Notes: generated by a model not told the origin, from the sequence alone. Positions 25,157 to 37,152 are shown, counted from the stretch's first letter. The stretch: DNA of 64,000 bases from Octopus sinensis (GCF_006345805.1 NC_043005.1:102610001-102674000), one strand, 5' to 3'. Program-made: numbers and translations.

Positions 25157-27158
25157 TATGTTTGACTTTTGCTTTATGTCTGTACAAGTTGGCTCCAAGT
25201 CTCACCCAGAGACCTCAAGAGACAACAGGTTGGAAGTTCTGTGCCATATATTTGGGGGGTTTTTTTGGTGTTGTACTAGTGAATGCCTAATACATAAAAA
25301 TAAAATAAAAAAAATAAATAAATAAATAAAAAAAAAGTTTGTTTTAAACCTTGGGATTACATAGAGAGTATTTTGCGTAGGATATGAGCAGTTCCCATGA
25401 GCACTATCTTTTGAATTTCTGCCATTTTGGGGTTTCCTGGTATCTGAGTTAGGTAGCAATCAGTCCCTTTCGCTATCATTCCCAGGGCACCTATGACAAC
25501 AGGTATTGTTTTAGTCTTCAGGTTCCACATTTTGCTGATTTCTATTTCAAGATCTTTATATTTGCTCAGTTTTTGGTAGGTCTTGACAGATACGTTTATA
25601 TCGATTGGGACAGTCATATCAATGAGGAGTCATGTTCTTTGTCTGAAGTCTTTCAATATGATGTCTGGCCTATTTGCATCTATCTTCCTGTCAGTTTGAA
25701 TGGTGAAGTTCCAGAGGAGTGAGATGTCATTTTCAAGCACTGGATGTGGATTGTGTTCCCACCAGTTTTTTTCATGGGGCAAATCCAGGTTTTTGCAAAT
25801 TACCCAGTGAATATATTGTGCAGCTCTATCATGCCTGTTGAGGTACTCTGTAGGCGCTAGAAGACTGCATTTGGAGACAACATGATCAATGGTTTCATTT
25901 TGTTGTCGGCATACACGACATGTTGGGCTACTGCCGTTCTTTAATATGTTGGCCTGGTAGTTTCTTGTTGGTAGGCATTGATCTTGAGCTGCTATGATAA
26001 ACCCCTCTGTTTCAGAGTTTTAAGCCAGAGGCCATTAGCCATTGATGAGTCAGGGCTTTGTCAATATCTGCATTATTCGCTCTCTTTGGGTATTTGCCAT
26101 AGAGAGGTTCTCCTTGCCATTTATTATTCAGAATATCTAAGGCCGCAGTTTTGGCACGGGTTTTCATGCGCCTAGCTTTTTCTGTGCTTGTTTCTTGTAT
26201 GTCTATCTCTAATTCCGAAATTGGTTGTATTCGGAATATCACTTAGATATTCCTTTGCCTGTTTTGTGACTGAGTATGATGCTTTCTTGTTTTCATGTTT
26301 TGAGACAAGTTTTAACATCCAGTCCTCAGAGTTTTTCAGGTAGGTGTCTAGGCCAATTGTAGCAATCTTCATTGTTATTGCCAGTTGCAAAAGACCACGG
26401 CCTCCCTCTTTTCTTGGCAGATAGAGTCGTTCTGTATCTGCCTTAGGGTGGTGCATTCTATGCATTGTCAACAGTTTCCTTATTTTTCTGTCGAGCTGAC
26501 ATATTTCAGTAATTGACCAGTTAACAATATTGAAACTGTAAGTCACGACTGGTATGGCTAATGCATTGATCGCTTCGATCCTGTTTCTTGCATTCAGCTC
26601 TGTCTTGAGTATTGCCCTCACTCTTCGATAGCATTCTCTCCTGATCCTTTCCTTCATCTCTGAATGCCTTATTCCGTTCCCTTCAATTACCCCTAGGTAC
26701 TTGTAGCTCTCCGCTGGGTCTAGTTCTTTTATGACATTCTGCTGGTCAAGGTTAACGTTAGATGTTTCTGTCATTTTGCCTTTGATAAAGGTAGCTTTTG
26801 CACACTTATCGAGGCCGAATTGCATTCTGATGTCGTCACTGAATTGTTTGACTATCGCTAGTAAGCCCTTGAGTTGTTGGTCATTTTTTGCAAAAAGCTT
26901 TAAATCATCCATGTAAATGAGATGATTTATATTTTTATCAAACATTTTATACCCGTACTGCGCGTCATTGAGCAGCTTTGAGAGAGGTATTAAGGATAAA
27001 CAGAAAAGGAGTGGTGACAGTGAGTCACCCTGGAAAATGCCACACGAAAGTTTTACATCACCAGCATTTAGGGACTCATTGTCACTTATACATCACCAGC
27101 ATTTAGGGATTCATTGCCACTTTTACATCACCAGCATTTAGGGATTCATTGTCACTTA
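25157..27158 (-). mobile_element. 5'-truncated R4/Dong-type retrotransposon (RT C-half, CCHC, RLE), frameshifted
   Basis: GIFQGDSLSP, HLIYMDDLKLF, FGLDKC, YKYLG, LYLPRKEGGRGL, CRVC...ETIDH...C zinc knuckle, RPDI...IDMTVP...KYKDL. (TAA)n on both sides. Confidence 0.93.
27054..27158. repeat. Three tandem 35-bp copies at the 5' junction of the Dong element
   Basis: tacatcaccagcatttaggga(c/t)tcattg(t/c)cactt(a/t) at 27054, 27089 and 27124. Confidence 0.95.
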
Positions 27159-27301
27159 TTATTATTTTTATTATTATTATTATTATTATTATATTATTAT
27201 TATTATTATTATTATTATATACATGCGATTAGTGTGAGGAGAGATGCAGACACTGTTTGCTTTTGAAAATGAAATACATATTTCATAATATTTGGTGAAG
27301 T

Positions 27302-27470
27302 AAAGGCGGTGATTTGGCAGAATCGTTAGCACGCGGCTTAAAATTCTTAGCGGCAATTTGTTTATCTTTACGCTGTGAGTTGAAATTTCCCCGTCATCGA
27401 CTTTTCCTTTATAATTCCGGGGACGATAAAACAATTACCAATTGAAAGCTAGGTTCGCTGCAATCGACTT
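27302..27470 (+). mobile_element. Degraded family B SINE
   Basis: aaaggcggtgatttggcagaatcgttagcacgcgg...cttagcgg...gtgagttgaaatttcc...tcgac. Confidence 0.6.
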
Positions 27471-29049
27471 TTTCTGGTTTTGTGCAGAAGTTTGCAACCA
27501 ATATTTCGTGAGGTATTTCGCAACTTTATTAATTTATAACCGGAATAAATTTAGTTTAAGCCGTATACTTTAAGTATGTTATGTAAATGCTTTTTATATT
27601 CTGTGTAAAATGTTAAATTTATTTTCATATTTTGTAAATTGCTTATTAATGTATCTGTAAATGCAAAAAGCTATTTAGCCAGAAGTTAGTCCTGATCTTT
27701 AAGACCATTCATCAGAGTATTTCTATTACCTTATTCTATTGCTTTGTTTATATAATATTGCTGTCGTGAAGACATAATGAATATTTTAAGAAGGAATGTG
27801 ACTGATATCCTATCATATCGACGTAGATATTTGCTTTCTGTTTTCCTTCATAGATATTTTTTTTGGCTTTATTTATCACTACATAGGGATTTATCAAATC
27901 TGCTAACTTACTGTACCTGCAACTTTTGAAAAGGTACGTTATTTGAGAAAATGTTTTCGGTTATCGGTCAAAATGAAGATATCGTTTACCTGACTTTAAA
28001 TTGTGGGTGTGTAGTATATAGGCTTGTTCCCATTGATCTAAACTGCGTGTGTGGAACGCCAATGTTAGTCTGATCGGAGAACTGATTGCTATTCCCTTTC
28101 ACCGTAATCTGTACCCTGTTCACAATAGAAAGGAACTTCTGACAGGCAAGAATTTCGGTCTTGAAGACTACTTGTAAAGATGGCTGTATACATTGGAACA
28201 TTATTGAGTAGTAATATCCTGTATGTTATTTACGTCAAATGAGTATAAATGCAGCGAGGGTTTGGGCAAATCAATTATAACCAAAATAAAGGTATATTGT
28301 ATATACGCACCTGCAAAAATATATACCTCATGTCTGTGAAAATGTGTGCCTGCATACACATACACATACGCAGCTACATACATATATTTATATATACACG
28401 CATATACACATACTTATACTGAGAATGGCAGAATCATTAGAGTATCAAACGATATATTTTGCGGTAACTTGTCACGGATTTACATTCTGATTACAAATCC
28501 TATTGAATCAATATTATCTATCATTCCAATGGGTTCAAAAATGTAAATGGAATCCTTTTAAACAACTAGTCCTCCGCCTTCCAAATGTCAGATTATGTGA
28601 TATATTAGAAAAGAAAATCATTGATTGAAAAAGAATTCTGATATTGATTTTATCTTCATTCGTTTACGTAATTGGAATTAAAAGATTATCAGCCTTTGAC
28701 ATGTAGCTGTCAATTTATATCTCCTCTCTATCTATTCTTCTAATTCCTTATTTTATTGAAATCTTTAATCCATTTCTTCCATTGTTATTCAACCCATTTA
28801 TATGTCTACCTTCCCTTTTTCTTTCGGCATTTCTCAGTTTCTTCCCTGTTTGTCTCTTTTTCCTCATCTTCCAACATGAATTTATACCATCTGCATCATA
28901 CTCTGTGCATCTGCCTTCATCCGTACATGCATACATACAAATATACAGTGAGAAAAAGTTCTACACCTGTAGAATCTGTCAACCTTTTTTCTGTTTCTAT
29001 GATCCGACGTTGTCAAAAATAAATGAAAAGACCTTTTCCGAGCCATAAG

Positions 29050-29272
29050 CACATAAGTCAAGTTTACCCGATACTGTGATATCTATAATCCCCTCCTAGG
29101 CTGTAAGGTCGGTTCGTCAATAGATTACTCATTTTTGTCGGCTGAGTAGACTGGAGCAACATGAAATTATTATTTTATTTTTATTATACATCGCATCATC
29201 CAGTCAAGGGATCAAAACCACAGTCTCACGATCATGAGTGTGACACACTTACTACTAAGCCACATGCTTCCA
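29050..29272 (-). mobile_element. tRNA-derived SINE, family C
   Basis: Minus strand gtggaagcatgtggcttagtagtaag...gtggttttgatccc (box A/B-like), then gttgctccagtctactcagccgacaaaaatgagtaa central domain. Confidence 0.65.
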
Positions 29273-29539
29273 CGTCCTCCGATATCTACTCTGCTCAAAA
29301 TATAGCAGACAAGTTCTATGAACAGTTGTCCAGGAAACTTCAAGAGGCCCTAACACAGAAACATCTGCTGCAGCTTAGTGTTTTCAACTCCAGAGTGGTG
29401 TTCACCTTGTTCTATTGGCCATGCTGGTTTGGGGAGTATTGAATAGGAAAAGGGAAAGAGATTGGTTCATCATTGTATACTCCATAGGCTGTGTGCTGAA
29501 GTAAAAAAATATACTCTGCAACGTAGTACCTGCCACTTT

Positions 29540-30735
29540 AGAAGAAATGAAAATTAAAGAAGAGAAGTATGCATTCGTAATAAAAAGGAAAAGAAAAATA
29601 GTGAAGTTTGAAAGAAATGCAAAAACACATGTAAACGAATGTAATACAGTTTCGAAATGGTATTCGATATATGATGGCGTACTTATGTACGGTCGGAGGG
29701 ATGTAGTACCTGTTTCTTTGCAAAAAGGATGTAATACCTGATGATTCTTTGCATGGGACAGCCAGAAATCGGGAGAAAGAAAATATTGGTGAGAAGCTAT
29801 GTTTACTGGGGAATATGGATCAGGATATTGAAAAATTGATGAAAACCTGCAGGGGTTGTACTTTGGCAGCAAATGCACCACCGGCAAAATCTCAACTTTG
29901 GCCCAACACTGATGTACCTTGGTCAAGATTACACATAGATTTCGCAGAACCATTAAATGGAGGGTATCATCTAATAGTTGTGATAGTTACTGAAATGACT
30001 GGAAATATATAAATATAGGAAGCCAACCTCCAAAGTAAAGATACAATTTCTGGACAAGTTTTTTGCGCGATATGGCGTCCCAGACACAATAATGTCTGAT
30101 AACGGAATTTTAAAACTTTTGCAAAATGCATGCAATAGAACATATTACTACTCCGCCATACTATCCGGAACCGAATAGACTACCGGAATGTTTCGTAGAC
30201 ACGTTTAAGAAGGCGCTGAAAAAATCTAGATATGAACTACTAGCTGATACTGCATTGACGCAATTCTTAACACCACATCAGGTATATCCCAACACCACAT
30301 CAGGTATATCGCCAGCTGAACTACTGTTCACCGGGAAAGTTTGGGAAAGTCAGGTCAGTGTCTGACAAATTACTACTGGGAAGAAAAGAAAAATCGAAAG
30401 AAACCCCGAAAATAAGTTAAAATACTTCAAAATCGGTGACAGGGTATATTTTTTTAAATATACAGAAACGGAAGGGAAAGTTGGGGAGAAGGTATAAAAC
30501 GTAAACGTTTAGGAAAAATAAGATACATGGTAAAAGGTCATACGTGGGAACACAAGAGACATCTAAATCAACCGAAAAAACGGTTTCCCGAAGCAGGAAT
30601 AAGACATAAAGTGCGAATGGAATTTCTTTATGACATTTTTGACGTTCCGACACCTCAAGGAACAATTGAGCCAATGAGTACAACGACTCGGAAGAGAAAG
30701 CAAACAGAACTTTTGCAAGTAGGTCCAAAACGATA
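29540..30735 (+). pseudogene. Decayed Ty3/Gypsy integrase region
   Basis: DQDIEKLMKTCRGC (zinc finger), PWSRLHIDFAEP, FARYGVPDTIMSDNG, HITTPPYYP, TGISPAELL; several frameshifts. Confidence 0.88.
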
Positions 30736-30787
30736 AAAAAGCTCCCAATTTCTTCCTAGGGAATTAAAAACAAAGGAAGTGGAAAGA

Positions 30788-31083
30788 TGGTTATAAAGAT
30801 AATAAACAAAAGAAAAATATTGACTTCCAACGAAAGTCAATCTTGACACCCCTGTGGGATAGCAGGTGAACCGTTCTAAACAGAATAAAGGCGCATGCGC
30901 ACTGTCAGTGAAGGATAGTGTGGTGTGTGCAGGCTTTTAGTGAAGACAGTTGTAGAAGTAAGTCGTTGAGAAGAGATATTGTTTGTTACTTGTGGTTTCT
31001 GATTTATATTTGCATTGTTATAACCTTGTTATAAGACCACATTATAAAGTGGCATAGACAGTGAGTTCGAAGTAGGACATAAC
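30788..31083 (+). mobile_element. Possible 3' LTR of the Gypsy remnant
   Basis: Purine run aaaggaagtggaaaga (30772-87, PPT-like) followed by TG; candidate end ...ataaca. No second LTR in the window to confirm. Confidence 0.3.
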
Positions 31084-31545
31084 AGTATCGACGAAACACA
31101 ACATTCTGCGCAGGCAATGTTCAGTAAAAGAGCGTTGTGTCCTGACCACATTCCATGCAGTAACTTACTCTCTGTTATATGCAAGCTCGATTTTGGAACA
31201 TCAAACAAGGGTGATTGCCTTTACACTCAATCAAATCGCAGACTGCTTAATCGTTCCTGAGTGAAGACAAAAAGCAAAGCATACAATATTTTATCAAGGG
31301 AATGTTGTTTGAAAATGATGCAGCGATGTCAACAATTGACTGAGAGGAGACACTTCAATATCTCCTGAATAGATCACAAGTGCTTATCAAGATTTCGTGT
31401 TGACCAGGAATACAAATAAGACGAAAGTGGTAGGCAAAAGTGTGAAGCGCTCAACAAACATTAGCATCAATAACTGCGGCGACATTTATACTTAAACATA
31501 AATAGCTTGCGTTATTCTGTTTGGATGCGCTACGTTTATTTCAAA

Positions 31546-31937
31546 CTAGCAGTATCGCCCGGCGTTGCTCGGCTTTGTTTCGACCCTTTAGAATTGGAAT
31601 TTTTGAAAAGTTAAAAGTTTGTATTATGTAGCTTGTTATTCTCTTTAAGTGAACGTTTTTCTGGTTGAATTACACCCAAGAATGGTGACACAGCAGTAAA
31701 AAAATCGTAAAAAATAGGGATTTTCATAGAAAAAAAAAGCACCTTTTTATATAAATACTTTTTGGTCTTAACATGGTTCGATTTGCATTTTCCTTCTACG
31801 GAAGGAAGAAGAAGCCTTCTTCTATCATACTCTCAATTTTGGTCAACTTGCGCTGCAGGGTCTCGGAGGGGATAGTGTTAGTTGAAGGCTACCAAACCTG
31901 CCATACACAAACGACTTCAGCTTTATATATGTAGAGA
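31546..31937 (-). mobile_element. Non-autonomous Helitron (392 bp)
   Basis: Minus strand 5'-TCTCTACATATATAAAG...CCGAGCAACGCCGGG (imperfect hairpin)...CTAG-3', inserted between A and T with no TSD. Empty site at 39103/39104. Confidence 0.88.
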
Positions 31938-32391
31938 TTATGTAAGCAAGATTTTCAAATGAATGCAGAAATGTGTAGTGTGAAGTATACGGATTACATG
32001 TATATGCTACACATACACACGTGCATGCACACAGGAATACATATATACACGCACATATACTATAGTCCCACAGTCAGGGACAAGCATTCTCGGGTTTGAA
32101 ATGAAATGATGCTTAGAAACATCTTCAACATTACCTACACTAACAAAGAGAATCTGAGAAGGTTAATGTTGAACATAAAATTTGCAATCAAGGGAGTTTC
32201 CGTCCTTACCACACAATTTTGCATCAGTGAAATCTGGAGCTTCTAATCTAACCATAAGCTGTAATTCAACGCCATTCGTCTAAGTGACCTGAGACGGATC
32301 TTGGATATCTAGTGAACTGATAGAATTAGCTGGAATGAGGCCATATCTCGGGCAAGGAATACCAATTTTATGATATTGCAGCAACGATAAC

Positions 32392-33193
32392 CCTGGCCAA
32401 TCCATAATAATAACCTTTTCAGCCTTGAGGAAGTTCATGACAACCTTAGCCTTGTGACATGGGGCATTGTCCTGCATGAATATGGGTGGACGCTTAGTTG
32501 AATTTCTCAGCACAGGCAAGACATGATCTTTTACAAGTTGTTTATAAACTCCTGCATTTACCTTTCCATGTAATCGCACCAATGGGCCCACACCATCTCC
32601 AGATATCATCCCCCAAACCATGACACTTCCTCCACCGAATTTAACACTAGTCTTAAGGCATTTAGGCGACAATTTTTCTCCTACTTTTCTACGAACGTAC
32701 CTTTTCCCATCTGAGCCAAATAACATAAATTAGAATCATCACTGAAATGCACCGTTTGCCATTTTTCTTGAGACCACAACACATGTTCGGTTGCAAAGTT
32801 AAGATGACACTTTTTATCCTTGGAGCTGATCAGTGGCTTCACTGCAGGTGCTCTTGCTTGTAGGTCATGTTTAACTAAACGACGAGACACAGTTTTTCGA
32901 GATAAAGTTTTCTTCAATACAATGCTCATTTTCCGAGAAACAGCAGCAGCAGTTTTAAATCTGTCCTTTTTAACCAACTTTACCATAGCACGATATTCTC
33001 TCTTGGTCGTTTTTCTTGGCCTACCTGTAAACGTTCTTGCTTCACACGGACCACAATCATCGTAGACCTTAAGAATACCGTATACAACACTTTTTCACTT
33101 GTTAACGATATTTGCAATAGATTCAATACTTAAATTATCCTTCCTTCGAAGTTTAATAATCTGCTGACGAATTGGTAACAGAGTAAGTGACAT
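32392..33193 (-). pseudogene. Tc1-family transposase, frameshifted, C-terminus missing
   Basis: GRPRKTT, FSDDS, KFGGGSVMVWG, FMQDNAPCH, MDWP. One stop and one frameshift; ends before the SPDLNPIE motif. Upstream direct repeats gttctga(t/a)cattttggc at ~33318 and ~33510 probably mark the terminal region. Confidence 0.92.
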
Positions 33194-33570
33194 TATATTA
33201 ACAAAGAATACTGCAAATATTATTACTAATGTTTAGTAAACGAACCGTCACGTAAACAAATTCAAAACATTAGAGTTCGCCGGTTAAATATACTAAAACA
33301 CGGAGTAAAAGCAACCGTTCTGATCATTTTGGCCGCCATGGGTTTTGCAGTAAATCACTAAATCATCCATAACTTTTGTATTATCCTCTCAAATTACATC
33401 AAAACCTCAGGCAATAACAAATAATATTGTATTTATTGTCTGTGAAAATTATAGAATATAAAACAACTTTGATAAAAAATTATATCTACTTTTCTGACGA
33501 AAACAATGCTGTTCTGAACATTTTGGCTGAACATTTCTGAACATTTAATTAAAGTATTTATATATATATA

Positions 33571-33759
33571 CTTTATTTAAAGCAGCAGAAAATTCAACAA
33601 ATCCTGTTACTCTGAGTTTCCCGTTGCCGTTCATCGGACAGTTTTTGCTAGAATGTAACCGGACATATCGGTTCCATTCTAGCAAAAACTGTCCGATGAA
33701 CGGCAATGGGAAACTCAGAGTAACAGGTTTTGTTGAATTTTCTGCTGCTTTAAATAAAG
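33571..33759. repeat. Foldback element: ~91-bp inverted arms, 7-nt loop
   Basis: ctttatttaaagcagc...gtaaccg gacatat cggttcc...taaataaag with 3 mismatches. Right side continues ~70 bp beyond the arm; flanked by (TA)n. Confidence 0.95.
33689..33726 (+). ncRNA. Minimal type I hammerhead-like motif, U4-to-C variant (mirrored on minus strand in left arm)
   Basis: ctgt-CCGATGA-acggcaatgg-GAAA-ctcagag-TA-acag: 4-bp stem I, short stem III, GUA site. Stem II is weak. Confidence 0.55.
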
Positions 33760-33828
33760 CATATTACTCTACCACTGGTATTTGAGTACTCTTTTTTCAA
33801 CCTTGTTTCACATTTATGTGTCTACTCC

Positions 33829-33864
<36 letters not shown>

Positions 33865-33869
<5 letters not shown>

Positions 33870-34125
33870 ATTACCTTTAGTGAGGAGAGACACACAAAAA
33901 AGAAAGAAGAAAGCAAAGGACCACTGATGAGGTCACAGGAGTGTGACGAAAGAACTCTGGCCGAAATAAGATTAAATTTAATGTAAAAAATAAATAACAC
34001 TGAAGCAAAGTAACACCAAATATATAGTGAGTATGTTTTTATTGGCTAAAGTGGCGAAATGACCATTCCGAAGTACAACAATATCTGTTTCAACACACGA
34101 CTTCACTTAAAAAATCTTGCACAAC
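33865..34125 (+). mobile_element. Penelope-type pLTR fragment
   Basis: Homologous to the 17700-17909 units plus the 3' end seen inverted at 17611-17693; in (TA)n. Confidence 0.8.
33918..33962 (+). ncRNA. Minimal type I hammerhead ribozyme, intact core
   Basis: ggacca-CTGATGA(33924-30)-g-gtcaca-ggag-tgtgac-GAAA(33948-51)-gaac-TC-tggcc. Predicted CUC cleavage after 33957; one extra G before stem II. Confidence 0.72.
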
Positions 34126-34390
34126 AAATATATATATATATATATATATGTTTGTGTGTGTGTCTGTGTGTGAGTGTGTGTGTGATATTCATATACAATA
34201 TTACGTAATTATCAATAAGTTCTTAGACTAGCTTCATTTGCACCTTTAAATGACGTGTGTATACTTTTTCATATACAGTTCTTATGTTGATTGTCGCACA
34301 CGTAATAATAAAAGTACACAATGCATTTTCATCTTCCCGCATTTAAGTATATTTATAAGTGAAATACGTACCTGGTGAATAAATGTATCT

Positions 34391-34436
<46 letters not shown>

Positions 34437-34606
34437 TATATATTATGTGTGTGTGTGGTGTGTGTGTGTGTGTGTAGGTGTTTGTGAATTCTGTTTATGA
34501 ATGTGCATTGACAAAAACACCTCTCTGCTCTTTTCTAGCTACCCGCTTTCTTTCATTCTTTAATCAATTCAAATGTCTACCTGTAAATTACCGAGTACGA
34601 AACAAC

Positions 34607-34665
<59 letters not shown>

Positions 34666-34974
34666 CTACTGAGTGCAGAATTAATGTAGTTTATTTATTT
34701 TTTGTTTAAAATCAGTAGTTACCCTGCGTTGCTTCCATTAACTATGTTTCACATGTGGTGCCATTTGAAAAATTACTATTCCGTATTGATTTTATTATAA
34801 TCCCAAAAAGCTATCCTGGATGTATTGCAACTACATTCGGTATTGTTTCTTTTTTATGAAGATAAAATTCATACAAATACCCGTCTTAACATATATGAGT
34901 GTGTGTGTGCTTGTGCGTGCATATATATATATATATATATATACATATATATACATATACATATATACACACAT

Positions 34975-35055
<81 letters not shown>

Positions 35056-35121
35056 ATAAAACGGTAAGATAACAAAAGAAAGAAAGAGACCTCAATATTA
35101 TGTAAATAGAGGAAATTTATC

Positions 35122-35686
35122 TATACAATATGTTACATTACTCGGTAGTCAAGATAAAACTCTGAGTTTCAGATGCCGAAGTGGAAATCCACAACACCAT
35201 CTCTTCGGTTATCTGGCTATTTGAAAACGTTATGAAAAAATACCGTTAAAAATGATGGGAAATTACTCTGTTATAACTCTGCTTTGTCTGCGTACTTATA
35301 CATCGCTCGCATTTTTCGTCATAAAAATGATATAAAAATACATAAAAAATATATAAAAATATATAAAAATATATAAAAATATATAAATATATAAAAATAT
35401 AAAAATATAAAAATATAAAAATATATAAAAAATATATATTTTTATATATTTTTATATATTTTTTATGTATTTTTATATAATTTTTATGACGAAAAATGCG
35501 AGCGATGTATAAGTACGCAGGCAAAGCAGAGTTATAACAGAGTAATTTCCCTTCATTTTTAACGGTATTTTTTCATAACGTTTTCAAATAGCCAGATAAC
35601 CGAAGAGATGGTGTTGTGGATTTCCACTTCGGCATCTGAAACTCAGAGTTTTATCTTGACTACCGAGTAATGTAACATATTGTATA
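35122..35686. repeat. Large foldback element: ~245-bp inverted arms with AT-rich spacer
   Basis: tatacaatatgttacattactcgg... / ...ccgagtaatgtaacatattgtata, about 3 substitutions. Left side extends further (from ~35055). Flanked by (TA)n. Confidence 0.95.
35594..35656 (+). ncRNA. Type I hammerhead-like motif, U4-to-C variant (mirrored in left arm)
   Basis: agataa-CCGAAGA-[31-nt imperfect stem II containing gtgga/tccac]-GAAA-ctcagag-TT-ttatct; 6-bp stem I. Confidence 0.55.
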
Positions 35687-35690
35687 TATA

Positions 35691-35733
<43 letters not shown>

Positions 35734-35864
35734 TACACACATACACACACACACACATATATATATATATATTATATATATATATATATATACATATACA
35801 TAAACATAGAGAGAGAGACCGATAATAGATAGATAGATGCACACATTAATTTTAGATTTTGACG

Positions 35865-36020
35865 CATGCCCTGTAATCCCGGGGAGGGCGGTTAATCGAT
35901 TACATCAATCACTGTATTCAATTGGTTCTTATTTTATCGACCACGGAAGGATGAACGGTGAAGTCGACATTGGTAGAATGTGAACTCGGAAAGTAAACGC
36001 GGACGAAATGCTGCAAAGCA
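35865..36020 (-). mobile_element. Degraded family B SINE
   Basis: ttaatcgattacatc...tttatcgaccacggaaggatgaacggtgaagtcgac...gaactcggaaagtaaacgcggacgaaatgc. Confidence 0.7.
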
Positions 36021-36024
36021 TGAA

Positions 36025-36385
36025 GAGGAGTGTCTGAGCCACACACAAATGTACGAGAGAATCAGACGTTTTCCAAGATGGACAAAAAATGTTGACATTG
36101 ACAAAAGCTCTGGAAGACCCGCAACCAGCAGAACTGAGAAAAACATCGCAGATATGCGTACAGCTGTGTGGGAAAATTCGTCTAATCACAATCCGCGTGT
36201 TATCAGAGGATGTGCAAATCGGTTACCGTTCAGTCCAACCCATTATCACTGATGATTTGGGTATGAGACGTGTGTCTACTAAGTTTGTGCTAAAACGGCT
36301 TTCAGCTGACCAAAAGGACACTCAGGTTTCCATTACAGAAGATCTTGATTGTGTTGAGAAAGATGAATACTTTCTGAAACGTCTT
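36025..36385 (+). pseudogene. mariner transposase N-terminal (HTH) fragment
   Basis: ECLSHTQMYERIRRF...SGRPATSRTEKN, frameshift, then ITIRVLSEDVQIGYRSVQPIITDDLGMRRVSTKFVLKRLSADQK. Stops before the catalytic D. Confidence 0.85.
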
Positions 36386-37152
36386 ATTGCTTCTCAATGT
36401 ATATATGAATCACCGGAAACACGGATCCCATGTTTTATTAGGTACCATTCAAACACCACTGAAATTAACCTAATGTATATATATCCATTCAGAGGCATGT
36501 GAGTGTATATATACATCCGTGTGTGTTTGTGTTTACGCGTGTATGTAGTTGCACTTCCTTATGCTTATACTTGAGAAGGCACAGTGACGGGAATACCTAC
36601 CGTCCTAATCAAATGATTATAGTTCGTGTTCAGTTCGATATTTGATTGATACATATCCGAACACTAACCGAATCAGCAGGTGTGAATTCATTCACATAGA
36701 AAATTGAACGTGGGGTACATTATTGAAAGTAATTTGTGGCGACTTTAAATGGTGAGGTTGAATAAAAATAACGAGAGGTGAAAGGTTAGTGATCACGGAT
36801 GAATATTTGTAGATGTTTCATAGAGTTCTATTAGATAAAAATCAGTTCTGCTCTGCAAGGGAATGAAGATATAGAAATCGTCTTTAAGTGCCACAAGTTT
36901 TAGTTTGTTGGTACACAAAAAAGAAGTTATTTATCGTCCAAATGGCATTACTATCGCTGCCTTATTCTGTTTCTGTATAAGATAAAATTAGAGAGCCAAA
37001 TCGCTTGTCAGTTTATTTGATTCAGTTATTCGTTAGAATTACTGAAGAACACCGAAATAATTTGAATGATTACTCTGTATTTAGTGAATGTTTTGTAGTT
37101 AGTGCAGTAATAACTCTCAAATATTTAGCATACGTTTAGTAGGGTATGTATG

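Noticed and set aside
27054-27158. 35-bp repeats as a CRISPR array
   Set aside because: Repeats are contiguous with no spacers and derive from RT coding sequence in a eukaryotic context.
27680-27720. Minus-strand CTGATGA plus hairpin
   Set aside because: GAAA and stem I are missing.
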